From an uncultured Alphaproteobacteria bacterium (GTDB taxonomy: Bacteria; Pseudomonadota; Alphaproteobacteria; Sphingomonadales; Sphingomonadaceae): a stretch of 64,000 bases of DNA. The stretch's first letter is position 1. Each line of letters begins with the position of its first letter. A program made the translations under genes and the position numbers. The stretch is from assembly GCA_963774985.1 (NCBI GenBank), contig CAVZHE010000001.1, forward strand, positions 94,808-158,807, in the 5' to 3' direction. Below, piece after piece: positions 33,003 through 44,552 of this stretch. A model generated the notes under the pieces. It was not told the DNA's origin, did not search any database, and worked only from the letters and a program-made list of their open reading frames with translations.

Positions 33003-33137
33003 TGAAAATCCTCCCCGAGCTTGCTCGGGGAGGGGGACCACCCGCAGGGTGGTGGAGGGGTATTCTGAAGGGTCGTGCTAATGCGCTGCGATTACCAGCT
33101 CTGGACAAACCCCTCCACCATGCTGCGCATGGTCCCC
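33003..33137. repeat. Two family A palindromic elements (33003-33060 and 33098-33137) between flotillin and greB-like gene
   Basis: CCTCCCCGAGCTTGCTCGGGGAGGGGGACCACCCGCAGGGTGGTGGAGGGG and CCCCTCCACCATGCTGCGCATGGTCCCCCTCCCC. Confidence 0.55.
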
Positions 33138-33166
33138 CTCCCCAGACAAGTCTAGGGAGGATCGGG

Positions 33167-33650
33167 TCACTCCGGATACCCGATCCCCACCACTTCCCAT
33201 TCCTTGCTCCCGCCCGGCAGCACAACAGTCCGCAAATCCCCCACGCTCGCCCCACGCAAGCGCCCGCGCAATCGGGCTCGACCAGCCGACCAGCCCCGCG
33301 CTCGCATCCTGTTCCTTGTCGCCGACGATGGTGAGCACCCGCTCCTCGTCATCCTCATCGGCAATGGTGACGGTCGCGCCGAAGAACACCCGGCTCTTGT
33401 CCGGCTGGCGGCGCGGATCGACCACCTGGGCATGCTTCATCACCTTGGCGAGATAGGACAGTTCGCGATCGATCTCGCGCATCCGCTTGCGCCCGTAGAG
33501 GTAATCGCCGTTCTCGCTGCGATCCCCGTTCCCCGCCGCCCAGCTGACAATCTCGACAATCGCGGGCCGTTCGGTGCCGAGCAGCTGATCGTAGCGTGCC
33601 TTGAGCGCGGTGAGGCCTGCGGGGGTGATGGGGGAGGTGGTTTGGGACAT
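33167..33650 (-). CDS. greB: Transcription elongation factor GreB/GreA; C-terminal frame break
   Basis: MSQTTSPITPAGLTALKARYDQLL...SENGDYLYGRKRMREIDRELSYL and FKBP-like C-terminus (VVLPGGSKEWEVVGIGYPE) in adjacent frame. Confidence 0.8.
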
Positions 33651-33685
33651 CTGTCCGCTATATCGCCATTGCGAGCGAAGCGAAG

Positions 33686-34520
33686 CTATCCCATTCGCTC
33701 AAATTGCAGCACTTCGCCGTCTAGCCAAATTTCTTCCGGCGGACCATCGTCATTGAATTGTATGAGATTCCCCGGCCATGACGTCGCGCATTCGACGGCT
33801 TGATCGGAAACCCAGCATTCGACTGGTCCAGTAATGTGATACTGGCCAAGAAATGTCGTTTCATTCTGGATCACGATGATCTTGCTGACCCCATGATCGA
33901 CGCCCCCCGGATGCGGAAGATGGCGTCCGAAATAGGAATAAATCTGGTAGCTGTTCACACCCAGCCGGATCTCGCCAGCGTAATGAATTTGCTCGCGCCC
34001 GTTCAGGGGTGCATAAAAGCCCTGCTCGCGCAGAATTGGACGGATATCCTGGCCGTGCCTCAGTCTGGAAATCCTCCTGCATCAAAGAGAACTTGACCTG
34101 GGGGCGGCTCCTCCCAATCGTATTCCTCTTCGGTTTCCACCCCCCGAAATTCTCCGCTCTCATGTCGGATGATGCCCTCATAGGAGACGAAGGCATCAGC
34201 GCGATTTCGAAAACTAATCTCGCGCCAACCATTGCTCTCGCTATCTAAGGCAATCACCGGGGTCGAGACACCAGGTATCCTCCCGATTTGCACCCAATTC
34301 CCGTCTCGAAACGTTAAGACGACAAGTGTGCATCTTCCAGTTGCACCGCATTCATGTCTGTTGAGGGCAAGTTGAAGTCGCTCGGCGTTGCCATCGCCAT
34401 CGAGATCGACATCGGCAAAGCGATAAATGCCCGGCCCCTCATCGCGTTGGCGAGGCGGATGCGCTGGGGACTCCACATCGCGCGGCTCAGCAACCGCAAT
34501 AGGTTCGGCACAGCTCGAAA
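33686..34520 (-). CDS. Hypothetical protein(s) in a low-GC (about 50%) segment; frame-broken
   Basis: Three overlapping minus-strand ORFs with protein-like composition, no recognisable domain; GC clearly below flanks. Confidence 0.3.
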
Positions 34521-34563
34521 GGGCGAGAGCCGAAGCAGAGACACAAAAGCGCCTCCGCCCTCA

Positions 34564-36529
34564 TCACCGCAAGAAATCCCCCACGTCCCGGCTCCGCCCC
34601 ATGCTCGCGTTCTGCGGATAGAGCTGCTCGTACACCACCGCGTTCTCAATCACCCGGTGGATGTAGTTCTTGGTCTCGAAGAAGCCGACTTCCTCGATCC
34701 AGCGCAGCCAGTCGACCGAGCCGGTGCGCGGGTCGCCGTTTTCGCGCAGCCAGCGGTTCACGTTGCCCGGCCCGGCGTTGTAGGCGGCGATGGCGAGGGG
34801 GTAGCTGCCGTCGTAATAGGCCACCAGCCGTTCGATATGGTTCGATCCCAGCCGCATCGCATATTCGGGATCGTCCATCAGCGCGCTGGCCGAGTACTGC
34901 ACGCCCGCGCGGCGGGCCTCTTCCTGCGCGGTGGCGGGCATGAACTGCATCAGCCCGCGCGCGCCGGCGTGGCTGACGGCGTTGAGCGCAAACTGGCTTT
35001 CCTGTCGCGCTATCGAATGGACCAGCGTCCAGTTCGCGCCCGGCGGGGTTTGCAGCGTGGGGAAGCCGATGCGGGTAAAGCCGTGGTGGCCGTCCGCCGC
35101 AGCGGCATCGGCAAGGTTCACTGCCAGATCGCGCCGCCCGATTTCGCGCGCGAGGTCAGCTACCAGCACGTGTTCGCCCACCGTCTCGGCCTGATCGGCA
35201 ATCGCGCGGTAGAAGCGGATGCCGGTGGACCACGGCGCGTCGCGCGCGACTTCGGCAGTGGCTCGGGTGATCGGCTGCGAGAGGAAGGCCTGCCGTTCCT
35301 CCGGCGTCGGAGTCCCTGCGGGCGCATCGGCATAGGCGGGAATTTCCCGGCCCAGCCGTTCGAGCGCCATCAGCCCGTAAAAGCGGTCAGTATATTGCGC
35401 GGCCATCTCGTAATAACGGGTGGCGTCCTGCACATTGCCCGCTTCGCGCATCGCTTCGCCCGCCCAGAAGAAGCCCTTGGAGCGGGTCTGGCTGGTGCGT
35501 GCAGCGGCGCCATACTGGTAGAACAGCGGCGCTGCGGCGGCGCCATTGCCTTGGTGCCAGAGCGCATTGGTGCCGCCCAGCCACATCAGCGAGGTGTAAT
35601 CATCGCGCAGACGGAAGCCCATTTCGGAAATGATCTCGCCTTCGCCGAAGGCCTCGGTGGCGCGCTGCGCGATGCGCGACCGAATCGGCGCGTCCCGCAT
35701 CGCGGGCCAGTGTGAGCAGTTCGGTGATCCACAGCGTCCGGTTAAGGGGCAGAGCAGCCAGTTGCGGACCATCCGCGATCAAGCGCACCGCTTCGCCCGA
35801 CGCGGCCTTCCTGTCGCAGTTCGCGGCTGCGGTTATAGAGATAGCCCGCATCGCTGCGTGCACCGGGGGCGTCGGTGGCGCCGTCGCCGCCCTGCAGAAT
35901 CGCAAGCCGCGCGGCGAACAGCCGGCGGCTGTCGGGCGAAACCCGGTCAAGCTGGCGCATGGCGGCCTCGGGATCGCGCTGCCACAGCAGGGCGTCCATC
36001 CGCGCGGTCGTTATCGTCTTGCGTGAACTGGCCGCCGAACATGGCGTAGATCGCCGCCTCGGCCGTCGCGCTCATTTCCCCGCCGCGCCATGCTTCCAAC
36101 GCCCAGCGTTGCGCCGCCGCCGGGTCCTGCCCGCCCAGCGCCAGCGCGTAGTGGGCACGGGCATGATTGGTAACCGGTTCGCGCGCGGCGAAAAAGATCG
36201 AGCACGATTGCGGATCGGTGAATTCACCGCGCAGCCGCTGCTTCGGCACTGGCGCGCAGGGCTTCCTCGTCCGGGAAACCGGGGTTGGTGGCGAGGAAAC
36301 CGGCGTATTCGGTGAACGAAATCTGCGGGTCAGGCTCCCCGCCCGAACGGCGGCGACTGTCTTCCCACAATCGTTCCCAGCGGGCGATTTCGCCCGCCAT
36401 CGCCCCCGGCTGCTGCGCCACCAGGCTGGCGCGGTTGCGGTCCCACTCCCCGGCGTCCTGTGCCGAGGCGATCGAAGGGGCAATTGTGGCGGTCGCGGCG
36501 AGAAGCGCGTAGAGGGAATGTCGAACCAT
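34564..36529 (-). CDS. slt: Soluble lytic murein transglycosylase (Slt70-like); about two frame breaks
   Basis: Signal peptide; superhelical N-terminal domain; C-terminal lysozyme-like domain [28 protein letters not shown]...[12 protein letters not shown]. Confidence 0.85.
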
Positions 36530-36606
36530 GCTGGACATACTGCTTGGCCTCTCCTTATCAGGCCATGAATAGATCGATCTTTGCAAAGCCGGGAGCGGCC
36601 ATCACC

Positions 36607-37500
36607 ATGTTTTCAGGATCGATACCCGCGCTGGCAACCCCCTTCAAGGACGGAGCGTTCGACGAATTGGCTTATCGGAAATTTATCGACTGGCAGATCG
36701 AAAGTGGCTCGTCCGCGCTGGTCCCCTGCGGCACCACCGGCGAAAGCGCGACGCTGGATAATGACGAGCACCACCTCATCATCACGACCTGCGCCGAGCA
36801 GGCGGCGGGCCGGGTGCCGGTGATCGCCGGGCGCGGGCAGCAACGATACGCAGACCGCGCTGTGGCACATCAAGGAAGCGCAGATCGCCGGGGCCGATGC
36901 GCTGCTGCTGGTCGCGCCCTATTACAACCGTCCGTCGCAAGCCGGACTGCTGGCGCATTTCAGCTATCTGGCCGAGCGGGCCGACCTGCCGATCGTGCTC
37001 TACAACGTGCCGGGGCGCACGGTGACCGATATCCAGCCCGATACGGTGGTGGAACTGGCGCGGCGCTTTCCCGGCAAGATCGTGGCGCTGAAGGATGCCA
37101 GCGGCGATTTGCAGCGCGTGGTCCAGCACCGGATGGGCGCGGGGCCGGGGTTCTGCCAGCTTTCCGGCGACGATCCGCTGGTGCTGGCGGGCTATGCGCT
37201 GGGGCAGGTGGGCTGCATCTCGGTGACCGCCAATGTCGCGCCGAAACTGTGCGCGGATTTCCACGCGGCGGCGGCTTCGGGGGATTTTGCCACGGCGCGC
37301 GAACTCAACGAAAAGCTCTACCCGCTGCACAAGGCGATGTTCGCGGATGCCTCGCCCAGCGCCTGCGAAATATGCGCTGAGCAAGCTGTTCGACTGGTTC
37401 TCGCCCGAAGTGCGGCTGCCGATTGTCGAGTGTTCGCGATGCGGCGAAGGCGGCGGTCGATGCGGCGATGGACACTGCGGGCTCTATAGCAACTCGTCAT
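36607..37500 (+). CDS. dapA: 4-hydroxy-tetrahydrodipicolinate synthase; C-terminal frame uncertain
   Basis: [50 protein letters not shown], active-site ...[10 protein letters not shown]. Confidence 0.9.
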
Positions 37501-37612
37501 TGCGAGGAGCGAAGCGACGAAGCAATCCATCTCCCGCCGTCGCCTGCGATCGAAAGGTCGGGAGATGGATTGCCGCGTCGCCCTACGGGCTCCTCGCAAT
37601 GACGAAGATCTG
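37493..37612. repeat. Long imperfect hairpin repeat (family C: CGTCATTGCGAGGAGCGAAGCGACGAAGCAATCCATCTCCCG / inverted partner)
   Basis: About 45 bp arms with matching outer 16 bp and inner 14 bp; a half-copy GCCATTGCGAGCGAAGCGAAGC occurs at 33665-33690. Confidence 0.45.
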
Positions 37613-37616
37613 GGGT

Positions 37617-38912
37617 ATGCAAATGAAAAACCTCCTCCTCGCCGCCACCGCCCTCGCGCTGGCATCGTGCACCACCATGCCCAACGTCCCGCCGCCTGCG
37701 CTGGACGAGCTGGCGCGGCAGTATCTGAGCGTTCAGCTTGCCATCGGGGAGAAGGACCCCGGCTACGTCGATGCCTATTACGGGCCGGAGGAATTGGCCA
37801 CCGCCGCCGCCGCGCAAGATGCCGAGACCACGCTGCCGATCCTTCAGGCGCGGGTCGTCGCGCTCGATATCACGCTGCGTTCGCTGCCGGTGGCGGCGGG
37901 CAGTGTCGAGGCGGAGCGGGTGCGCTATCTGCGCGCGATGCTCAACAGCGCCAAGGTGCGGCTGCGGATGCTGCGCGGCGAGGAAATCCCGTTTCAGGAC
38001 GAGGCCGAGGGCCTGTTCGGCGTCCGCCCCGAACTGATCGACCTTGCCACGCTCGATCCGGTGCTGGCCGAGATCGACGCGCTGGTCCCCGGAACTGGCC
38101 CGCTGCACGAGCGGGTCAACGCGTTCCAGGATCGCTTCATCATCCCGAATGATCGCCTGCGTAGCGTGATCGATGCCGCCGTGGCCGAATGCCGCGCCCG
38201 CACCCTGCCGCATATCCCGCTGCCCGCCAGTGAGAGCTTCGATCTCAGCCTTGTCACCGACAAGCCGTGGGGCGGGTTCAACTATTATCAGGGCGAATAT
38301 CATTCGGTGATCGAGATCAACACCGATCTGCCCACCCGGCTGGACCGCGCGGTGGATGTCGGCTGTCACGAGGCCTATCCCGGCCACCACGTTTATTCGA
38401 CGCTGATCGAGCGCGACCGGGTGAATGCGATGGGCCAGATCGAATACACCCTGCTGCCGCTCTATTCCCCGCGCGCGATCATTTCCGAAGGCAGCGCCGA
38501 ATACGGGGTGGAACTGGCCTTTCCGGGGGACAGCCAGCTTGTCTACGAACGCGACGTGCTAGCGCCGATGGCGGGGATCGATGTGAGCCAGTTGCAGGCG
38601 TACTACGACTTGCGCGAGGCGACCGATGGGCTTTCCGGTGCCTATTACTCCATCGCCGCAGGCTATCTCGACGGCACGATGACCCGCGAGCAGGCGATCG
38701 AAGCCTCGATGCGTTACCGCCTGATGAGCCGCGAACGGGCAGTCCAGTCGCTGCGGTTCATGGATACCTACCGCAGCTATGTGATCAATTACGGGCTGGG
38801 GCAGGAGATTGTCGGTAGCGCCGTGGAAGCGGGCGGCGCGGATATGGCGACGCGGTGGCGGAGGTTTATCGGGATATTGAACACGCCGACTTTGCCGGAG
38901 GATTTGCTGTAG
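37617..38912 (+). CDS. Hypothetical lipoprotein with HExxGH-like motif (possible metallo-hydrolase)
   Basis: Lipobox LALASCTT; GCHEAYPGHHV; no confident family assignment. Confidence 0.5.
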   Translation: MQMKNLLLAATALALASCTTMPNVPPPALDELARQYLSVQLAIGEKDPGYVDAYYGPEELATAAAAQDAETTLPILQARVVALDITLRSLPVAAGSVEAERVRYLRAMLNSAKVRLRMLRGEEIPFQDEAEGLFGVRPELIDLATLDPVLAEIDALVPGTGPLHERVNAFQDRFIIPNDRLRSVIDAAVAECRARTLPHIPLPASESFDLSLVTDKPWGGFNYYQGEYHSVIEINTDLPTRLDRAVDVGCHEAYPGHHVYSTLIERDRVNAMGQIEYTLLPLYSPRAIISEGSAEYGVELAFPGDSQLVYERDVLAPMAGIDVSQLQAYYDLREATDGLSGAYYSIAAGYLDGTMTREQAIEASMRYRLMSRERAVQSLRFMDTYRSYVINYGLGQEIVGSAVEAGGADMATRWRRFIGILNTPTLPEDLL

Positions 38913-38917
38913 TTCGC

Positions 38918-39005
38918 GGAAATACGGGGACAGTATACTTAATTCAGAGGGTTCGCTCCAGCTGCACCGGGTCGTTGAATTAAGTATACTGTCCCCGTAT
39001 TTCTG
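38918..39005. terminator. Perfect about 27 bp AT-rich inverted repeat (GAAATACGGGGACAGTATACTTAATTCA...TGAATTAAGTATACTGTCCCCGTATTTC), probable bidirectional terminator or MITE-like hairpin
   Basis: Seen directly; sits between two convergently/consecutively transcribed genes. Confidence 0.45.
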
Positions 39006-39079
39006 TTTGCGCTGGCAGCCGCCAGAAACAGGGCCTAGAGCAACCCAAAGCAGGGGTGCTGGAATACAGGAGCACTGCC

Positions 39080-39504
39080 ATGTCCAACACCCGCCTCTTC
39101 GCGCTGCCGCTTATTGCACTGCTCGCTTCGTGCGGTATTCCGCAAACGATCACCCCGCGCATCGCACCTTCTTCCATCGCTTTGCCGATGCGCAGCGCGT
39201 GGAAGTGGTGCTCGACAATTTCAGCTTTGAACCGCGCACGATTACCCTCGCGGCGGATCGGCCAGTGGTGCTGGTGCTGGTGAACAACGCGAGTGGCGGG
39301 CACAATTTCTCTGCGCCCGGTTTCTTTGCGGCGGCTCAGATTGCGCAAAGCGATGCGGCGGCGATTACCGATGGCGAAGTGGAGGTGGAGCAGGGAGGCC
39401 GGGTGGAACTGCGGCTGATCCCGGCGGCGGGCGGCTACGATCTCGACTGCACGCATCTCGGCCATTCGGTGCTCGGAATGTCAGGCTCCATCGTGGTGCG
39501 TTGA
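39080..39504 (+). CDS. Cupredoxin-like (blue copper) domain lipoprotein; one frame break
   Basis: Lipobox LLASCG; C-terminal CTHLGHSVLGMSGSIVV copper-site-like C/H/M pattern. Confidence 0.45.
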
Positions 39505-39517
39505 CGCGGCCGAACCG

Positions 39518-40585
39518 CTAAATCACCTCATCCTCGTCCATCAGATCCTGCGCCGCGCCCGGAGGTTCGCTCATGCGGATCGCCTCGATGATCGAATCGA
39601 TGGTCTGCCCCGCCTGTTCGGGATTGGCGATCTCGGCGATGTGGAACAGGGCGTCGCCCTGGTGCACTACTGGCAGGGTGGCGTGGCCGATCACGATGCC
39701 GTCCACCGGGCTGGCCATTTCGTGCACGTCCTCGCCGAACAGTCCGCTGACCCGCGCCAGCACGTCACCCTTGTGCACCAGATCGCCCGATTTGCGCACG
39801 CGGTGCGTCACTCCGCCGCGCGGGGCGCGGACCCAGCGGGTGTCGTTGGCGCGGGCGGGGATGGTGATGCAGGCCAGCCCGTCATCGGCTTCCAGCATCC
39901 CGATATGCGCCAGCACCCGCAGCACGCCCTTGGTGCCGATATCGATGGCCAGCCGGTCGAACCGCAGCGCCTCGCCCGCTTCGAGCAGCAGCATCGGCGT
40001 GCCGCGTTCCTGCGCCACTTGCCGCATCGATCCGTCACGCAAGGGGCTTTCGATGACCACCGGGGCGCCAAAGGCCATCGCCAGTTCGACCAGATAGGGA
40101 TCGTGCGCGGCGATGCGGATTTGCGGCAGGTTGTAGCGGTGGATCGCGGCAGAGTGCAGATCGATGCCCAGATCGGCGCGGGCGATCACATTATCGAGAA
40201 AGCAGTTCGCCAGCCGCGCGGCCATCGATCCGGTGGGGCTGCCGGGAAAACTGCGGTTGAGATCGCGCCGATCAGGCAGGTTGCGGGTGTGGTCGACAAA
40301 GCCGAAAATGTTCACTGCGGGAACCAGGATCAGCGTGCCCGCCAGTTCATCGGGCGCGATCTGGTGCAGCAATTGCTGGATGATCGCGGTGCCGACAATT
40401 TCGTCACCATGGATCGCCGCGCTGACAAACACGGTCGGGCCGGGGCGGGTGCCGTGCAGCACTTTCATCGTCAGATTGGCATCGATGCCTGTAACGGTGT
40501 GGCTGATCGGTAACGCGACAAGCTCGCTCTGCCCCGGCGCGACCCTGGTATCGGCAATAACGAAGTCCGGCTGAGATTGAACCAT
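39518..40585 (-). CDS. Succinylglutamate desuccinylase/aspartoacylase-family zinc hydrolase
   Basis: [15 protein letters not shown] zinc-binding motif and AstE/AspA-family architecture. Confidence 0.75.
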   Translation of the reverse strand: MVQSQPDFVIADTRVAPGQSELVALPISHTVTGIDANLTMKVLHGTRPGPTVFVSAAIHGDEIVGTAIIQQLLHQIAPDELAGTLILVPAVNIFGFVDHTRNLPDRRDLNRSFPGSPTGSMAARLANCFLDNVIARADLGIDLHSAAIHRYNLPQIRIAAHDPYLVELAMAFGAPVVIESPLRDGSMRQVAQERGTPMLLLEAGEALRFDRLAIDIGTKGVLRVLAHIGMLEADDGLACITIPARANDTRWVRAPRGGVTHRVRKSGDLVHKGDVLARVSGLFGEDVHEMASPVDGIVIGHATLPVVHQGDALFHIAEIANPEQAGQTIDSIIEAIRMSEPPGAAQDLMDEDEVI

Positions 40586-40701
40586 TTGTGCGCCTCTTTA
40601 GCCGCACTTGTGCGGTTCACAGGCCATGTTTGGCAAGGGCAGCAGGCGCGATATCCAGCCCTTTGCAATTGCCGCCGTTCCTCCCTACATCGCCCCTCCT
40701 G

Positions 40702-41184
40702 ATGGCCCGCCCCAAACCCCCCGTGTTCGACAAGCAGAAGATCGTCGCCGAAAACCGCCGCGCGCGGTTCGATTATTTTATCGAGGATGTGTTCGAGGCT
40801 GGGCTGGCTTTGCAGGGCACCGAGGTAAAGGCACTGCGCGGCGGCGAGGGCACCATCGCGGAAAGCTATGCCGAAGTGCGCGACGGGCAGGTCTGGCTGA
40901 TCAACGCCAATATCCCCGAATACAGCCACGGCAACCGCGAGAACCACGAACCCAAGCGCCCGCGCAAACTGCTGCTCAGCGAACGCGAAATCAACAAGAT
41001 GTTCGGCGCGGTGGAGCGCAAGGGCATGACGCTGGTTCCGCTCAGCGTCTACTTCAACGGCAAGGGCCGGGCCAAGGTGGAACTGGCGCTGGCCAAGGGC
41101 AAGCAGGTCCACGACAAGCGCGCCACGACCAAGGATCGCGACTGGAAGCGCGACAAGGCGCGGATCATGCGGGAAAAGTCCTGA
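40702..41184 (+). CDS. smpB: SsrA-binding protein
   Basis: [34 protein letters not shown]...[14 protein letters not shown] canonical SmpB. Confidence 0.9.
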   Translation: MARPKPPVFDKQKIVAENRRARFDYFIEDVFEAGLALQGTEVKALRGGEGTIAESYAEVRDGQVWLINANIPEYSHGNRENHEPKRPRKLLLSEREINKMFGAVERKGMTLVPLSVYFNGKGRAKVELALAKGKQVHDKRATTKDRDWKRDKARIMREKS

Positions 41185-41376
41185 GCTGAGAAAAGTACCG
41201 ATTGCGGCAATAAAGGAAAATATTCGCGGCCGCATTCACCCGCTGGTTATCGATGATCTGCTACCCATATCGATGAAGATGACCGGTCTGCCGAAATTCA
41301 GCCCTTTGGGGCATTGGCAAGCCTTGCGCCATGCGGTGCGGGGGCGCAGGGCAATGGTCGAGCAGCGGACGCGACT

Positions 41377-41949
41377 ATGAACGACCAGCATTCCCATTCC
41401 CTGATGCCTGCCTGGTTGCGCCGCTACATGCCCCGGCGTGAGCAGCTGGAAGGCAATCGCTGGACCCGGCATCTCGCCTCGCGCCATGAATTGTGGCGCT
41501 TTACCCGCCGTTCGGTGCCGCGCGGGGTGGCGGTAGGGCTGCTGGTGGGTATCTTTGCGCTGATCCCCGGCGTGCAGATCGTCGGCGCGGCGCTGCTTTG
41601 CGTGCCGGGGCGGGGCAATATTCCGATTGCTGCGGCGATGACCTTCCTCTCCAATCCAGCCACCACACTGCCGATCCTGATCTTTTCAGCGATGATCGGC
41701 AATTTCATGGGCTTCCACGCCGATATTGCCGCCGTTCAAAGGCTTGCGGACGAAGGCGCGAGTTTGAGCCACTGGATCAGCTGGTTTTTCTCGGATGCTG
41801 CACCCGCCGTCTTGCTCGGACTTTCCATGCTTTCTGTGGTCTGCGCGGCGGTCGGATACCTGCTATCCAGTCTGCTGTGGAGATTTGTGGTCGCACGCAA
41901 GTGGACCAGGCGACCTGCGCGGCGAAGGCTGTTACAGCCCGCCGAATGA
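41377..41949 (+). CDS. DUF2062 membrane protein
   Basis: YMPRREQLEGNRWTRHLASRHELWRFTRRSVPRGVAVGLLVGIFALIPG matches DUF2062. Confidence 0.65.
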   Translation: MNDQHSHSLMPAWLRRYMPRREQLEGNRWTRHLASRHELWRFTRRSVPRGVAVGLLVGIFALIPGVQIVGAALLCVPGRGNIPIAAAMTFLSNPATTLPILIFSAMIGNFMGFHADIAAVQRLADEGASLSHWISWFFSDAAPAVLLGLSMLSVVCAAVGYLLSSLLWRFVVARKWTRRPARRRLLQPAE

Positions 41950-44408
41950 ATTTGGCTAATTTGCAGGAATCGCGGCGACTGGTGGATGGTTTGGCCGTTG
42001 CCGCCGCCGTGCTCGCGAGCGTGACGCTGGTGCAGTATGCGACCGGCAGCCTCACCGCGACGCTGGCCTATGCCGGGGGGCTGGTGGTGCTGGGGCTGGT
42101 GGGCTTCGTCGCCGGACGTCTGCCCGCCGGGGCCGTTGCGCCGCAGCAAACCGATATGCCCGATTGGGCGGTGACCGTGGCAGCAATCGAACAGCCCGAT
42201 CTGGCGATTGCGATCACGGATCGTGCCAATCGGTTGGTCTGCGCCAATTCGGCTTTTGAACTCTGGTTCGGTTCAAACAATGGCCCGCCGCGCCTGCCGG
42301 TGGACGGTGCCAGCGCCGATCTGCTCGCGCGGCTGGCGCGCACTGTCTGGCGCGACGGCAAGAGCGACGCCGTTACCGTGGCCGATGAGGACAACGGGTG
42401 GATTGCCAGTGCAGTGCGCGCGGGGCGGGGGGAGGATTACCTCATCTGGCGATTTGCTCCAATTGTGCGGGCGGAACCTATCGCGGCAATCGGCAAGCAC
42501 ATAAACGGCATGTTCGGTCGGGTGCTTGATGCTGCAGGAATCGCCGTGGCGCTGGTTTCTTCGGACGGGCTGGTGCGTGCGGGCAATCCGGCGCTGGCGC
42601 GGCGCGCATTTGGGGACGAGACCGCGCGGATGACGGGGCAGGAATTCGTCCGCCTGCTACGCTCCGACGAGCGCGAGCGGATCTATTTCGCGCGCGAAGG
42701 CAAGAAAGGCAGTCCGCAGACGCTGGTCCAGGTGCCGCTCGCCGATCCCGACGAAGCAGCGCGCGAAAGCGTGCCGGGCAAGGCAGTAGCGCAAGCACCC
42801 TCGCTGATGCTGCTGATCGATGCAGGGATCGGGCTGGGCGGCTGGAGCGGCGAGGCCAAGGGGCAGGCGGCGCAATTGGAAGGCCTGCTGGAGCAATTGC
42901 CGCTCGGCCTCGCGACTACGGATCGCGACGGGCATTTCCTCTACGCCAATCCCGCCTTCCGCCGTGCTGCCGGGCTCGATGCAGGCGACCTGCCGCCTTA
43001 TCCCGGCGATATCGTGGTGGCGCGGGACAAGACAGCGATTTCCGATGCCGTGCGCCGCTATGGGCAGGGGCCTGCCAGCGCGGGTGATATTGCCGTGCGG
43101 CTGCGCAGCGATCCGGATGAGCCGGTGAGCATGGGCATGGCCGGGGTGCGCGGGCTGGGCGAGTCCGCCGTACTCATCAGTCTTGCCGACACCACCGAGG
43201 AAGCGCGGCTGAAACGGCAGGTGGCGCAGGCGACCAAGATGCAGGCGGTCGGCCAACTCGCAGGCGGGGTGGCGCACGATTTCAACAATGTGCTCACCGC
43301 GATCATCGGTTATTGCGATCTGATGCTGCTGCGGCACACGCCGGGGGACAGCGATTATGACGATATCCAGCAGATCAGGGCCAATTCCAACCGCGCCGCC
43401 AGCCTGACGCGGCAATTGCTTGCCTTCAGCCGCCAGCAGACGCTCCAGCCTGAAGTGATCCAGCTGCCGGATATCATTTCCGAAGTCAGCCAGCTCTTGA
43501 AGCGACTTCTCGGTGCCAAGATCACGCTCAACGTACGGCACGATCGCGATCTCGGCCACGTCCGCGCGGATCCGCGCCAGCTTGAGCAGGTTATCGTCAA
43601 TCTGGCGGTGAATGCCCGTGATGCGATCCAGTCGGCAGGCGGCGGTGAGAGCGCGGCAGGCACGCTCGCCTTCGCCACGCGGCGGGTGGAGGCGCGCGAT
43701 ATCCGCCGGATGGGCAGCGAAATCATCCCCGCTGGCGATTACACTGTGCTGATTGCCGAGGATACCGGCGGTGGCATCAAGCCCGATGTGCTGGGCAAAA
43801 TATTCGAACCGTTTTTCACCACCAAGGAGCAGGGCAAGGGCACCGGGTTGGGCTTGTCCACCGTTTATGGCATCGTCAAGCAATCGGGCGGGTTCATCTT
43901 CGCCAGCAATGCCAAGGGGCAGGACGGCAAGGTAAAGGGCGCGCGCTTCACTATTTATCTGCCGGTGCATCACATGACCGAGGATGACCTGAAGAAGGTT
44001 GAGGCGGAGGAAGTGGTGCGCGAGTGGTCCGGTGGGGGCACGATTCTGCTGGTGGAGGACGAGGACATGGTCCGCGCGGTGGCTGAACGGGCATTGGCAA
44101 GGCAGGGCTATACCATCGTCACCGCGAGCGATGGCGACGAAGGACTCGAAGCCTTCCGCGCCGATCCGGACCGGTTCGACATGGTGCTGACCGATGTGGT
44201 GATGCCGAGCATGGACGGCCCGGCGATGGCGCGGGACATCCGCAAGCAAAGGCCGAGCCTGCCGATCCTGTTCATGTCCGGCTATGCCGAAGAACAATTG
44301 CGCAGCGAGATCGATATCGAGAACATGCACTTCATCGCCAAACCCTTCAGCGTGAAGCAGATCGGCGAGAAGGTGGGAGCGGTGCTGGGTCAGGTGGTGC
44401 GACCATAG
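41946..44408 (+). CDS. cckA: Cell-cycle hybrid sensor histidine kinase/response regulator (CckA-like): TM + PAS + HisKA + HATPase + REC
   Basis: Two N-terminal TM helices, PAS regions, H-box AHDFNNVLTAI, N/G1/G2 ATPase boxes, C-terminal receiver domain with conserved Asp. Confidence 0.75.
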   Translation: MNLANLQESRRLVDGLAVAAAVLASVTLVQYATGSLTATLAYAGGLVVLGLVGFVAGRLPAGAVAPQQTDMPDWAVTVAAIEQPDLAIAITDRANRLVCANSAFELWFGSNNGPPRLPVDGASADLLARLARTVWRDGKSDAVTVADEDNGWIASAVRAGRGEDYLIWRFAPIVRAEPIAAIGKHINGMFGRVLDAAGIAVALVSSDGLVRAGNPALARRAFGDETARMTGQEFVRLLRSDERERIYFAREGKKGSPQTLVQVPLADPDEAARESVPGKAVAQAPSLMLLIDAGIGLGGWSGEAKGQAAQLEGLLEQLPLGLATTDRDGHFLYANPAFRRAAGLDAGDLPPYPGDIVVARDKTAISDAVRRYGQGPASAGDIAVRLRSDPDEPVSMGMAGVRGLGESAVLISLADTTEEARLKRQVAQATKMQAVGQLAGGVAHDFNNVLTAIIGYCDLMLLRHTPGDSDYDDIQQIRANSNRAASLTRQLLAFSRQQTLQPEVIQLPDIISEVSQLLKRLLGAKITLNVRHDRDLGHVRADPRQLEQVIVNLAVNARDAIQSAGGGESAAGTLAFATRRVEARDIRRMGSEIIPAGDYTVLIAEDTGGGIKPDVLGKIFEPFFTTKEQGKGTGLGLSTVYGIVKQSGGFIFASNAKGQDGKVKGARFTIYLPVHHMTEDDLKKVEAEEVVREWSGGGTILLVEDEDMVRAVAERALARQGYTIVTASDGDEGLEAFRADPDRFDMVLTDVVMPSMDGPAMARDIRKQRPSLPILFMSGYAEEQLRSEIDIENMHFIAKPFSVKQIGEKVGAVLGQVVRP

Positions 44409-44552
44409 CCGCGCCATGCGGGTGCCCGGATGCGGGACATTATTTTGCAAGGCTCTTTCCATACCTGCCGAAATGACTAAGGTTTTGCCCTGATGCCAGC
44501 CACCGTCCGCAATCGGACGGTCGGCGGTGGGATGACAATGGGGGGCACAATC

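Noticed and set aside
41493-41945. N-terminal 150 aa extension of the 971 aa ORF containing cckA
   Set aside because: It overlaps the DUF2062 gene in another frame and has Arg/Ala-rich composition typical of spurious GC-rich frames. The authentic kinase starts at MNLANLQESRR (41946) with TM helices.
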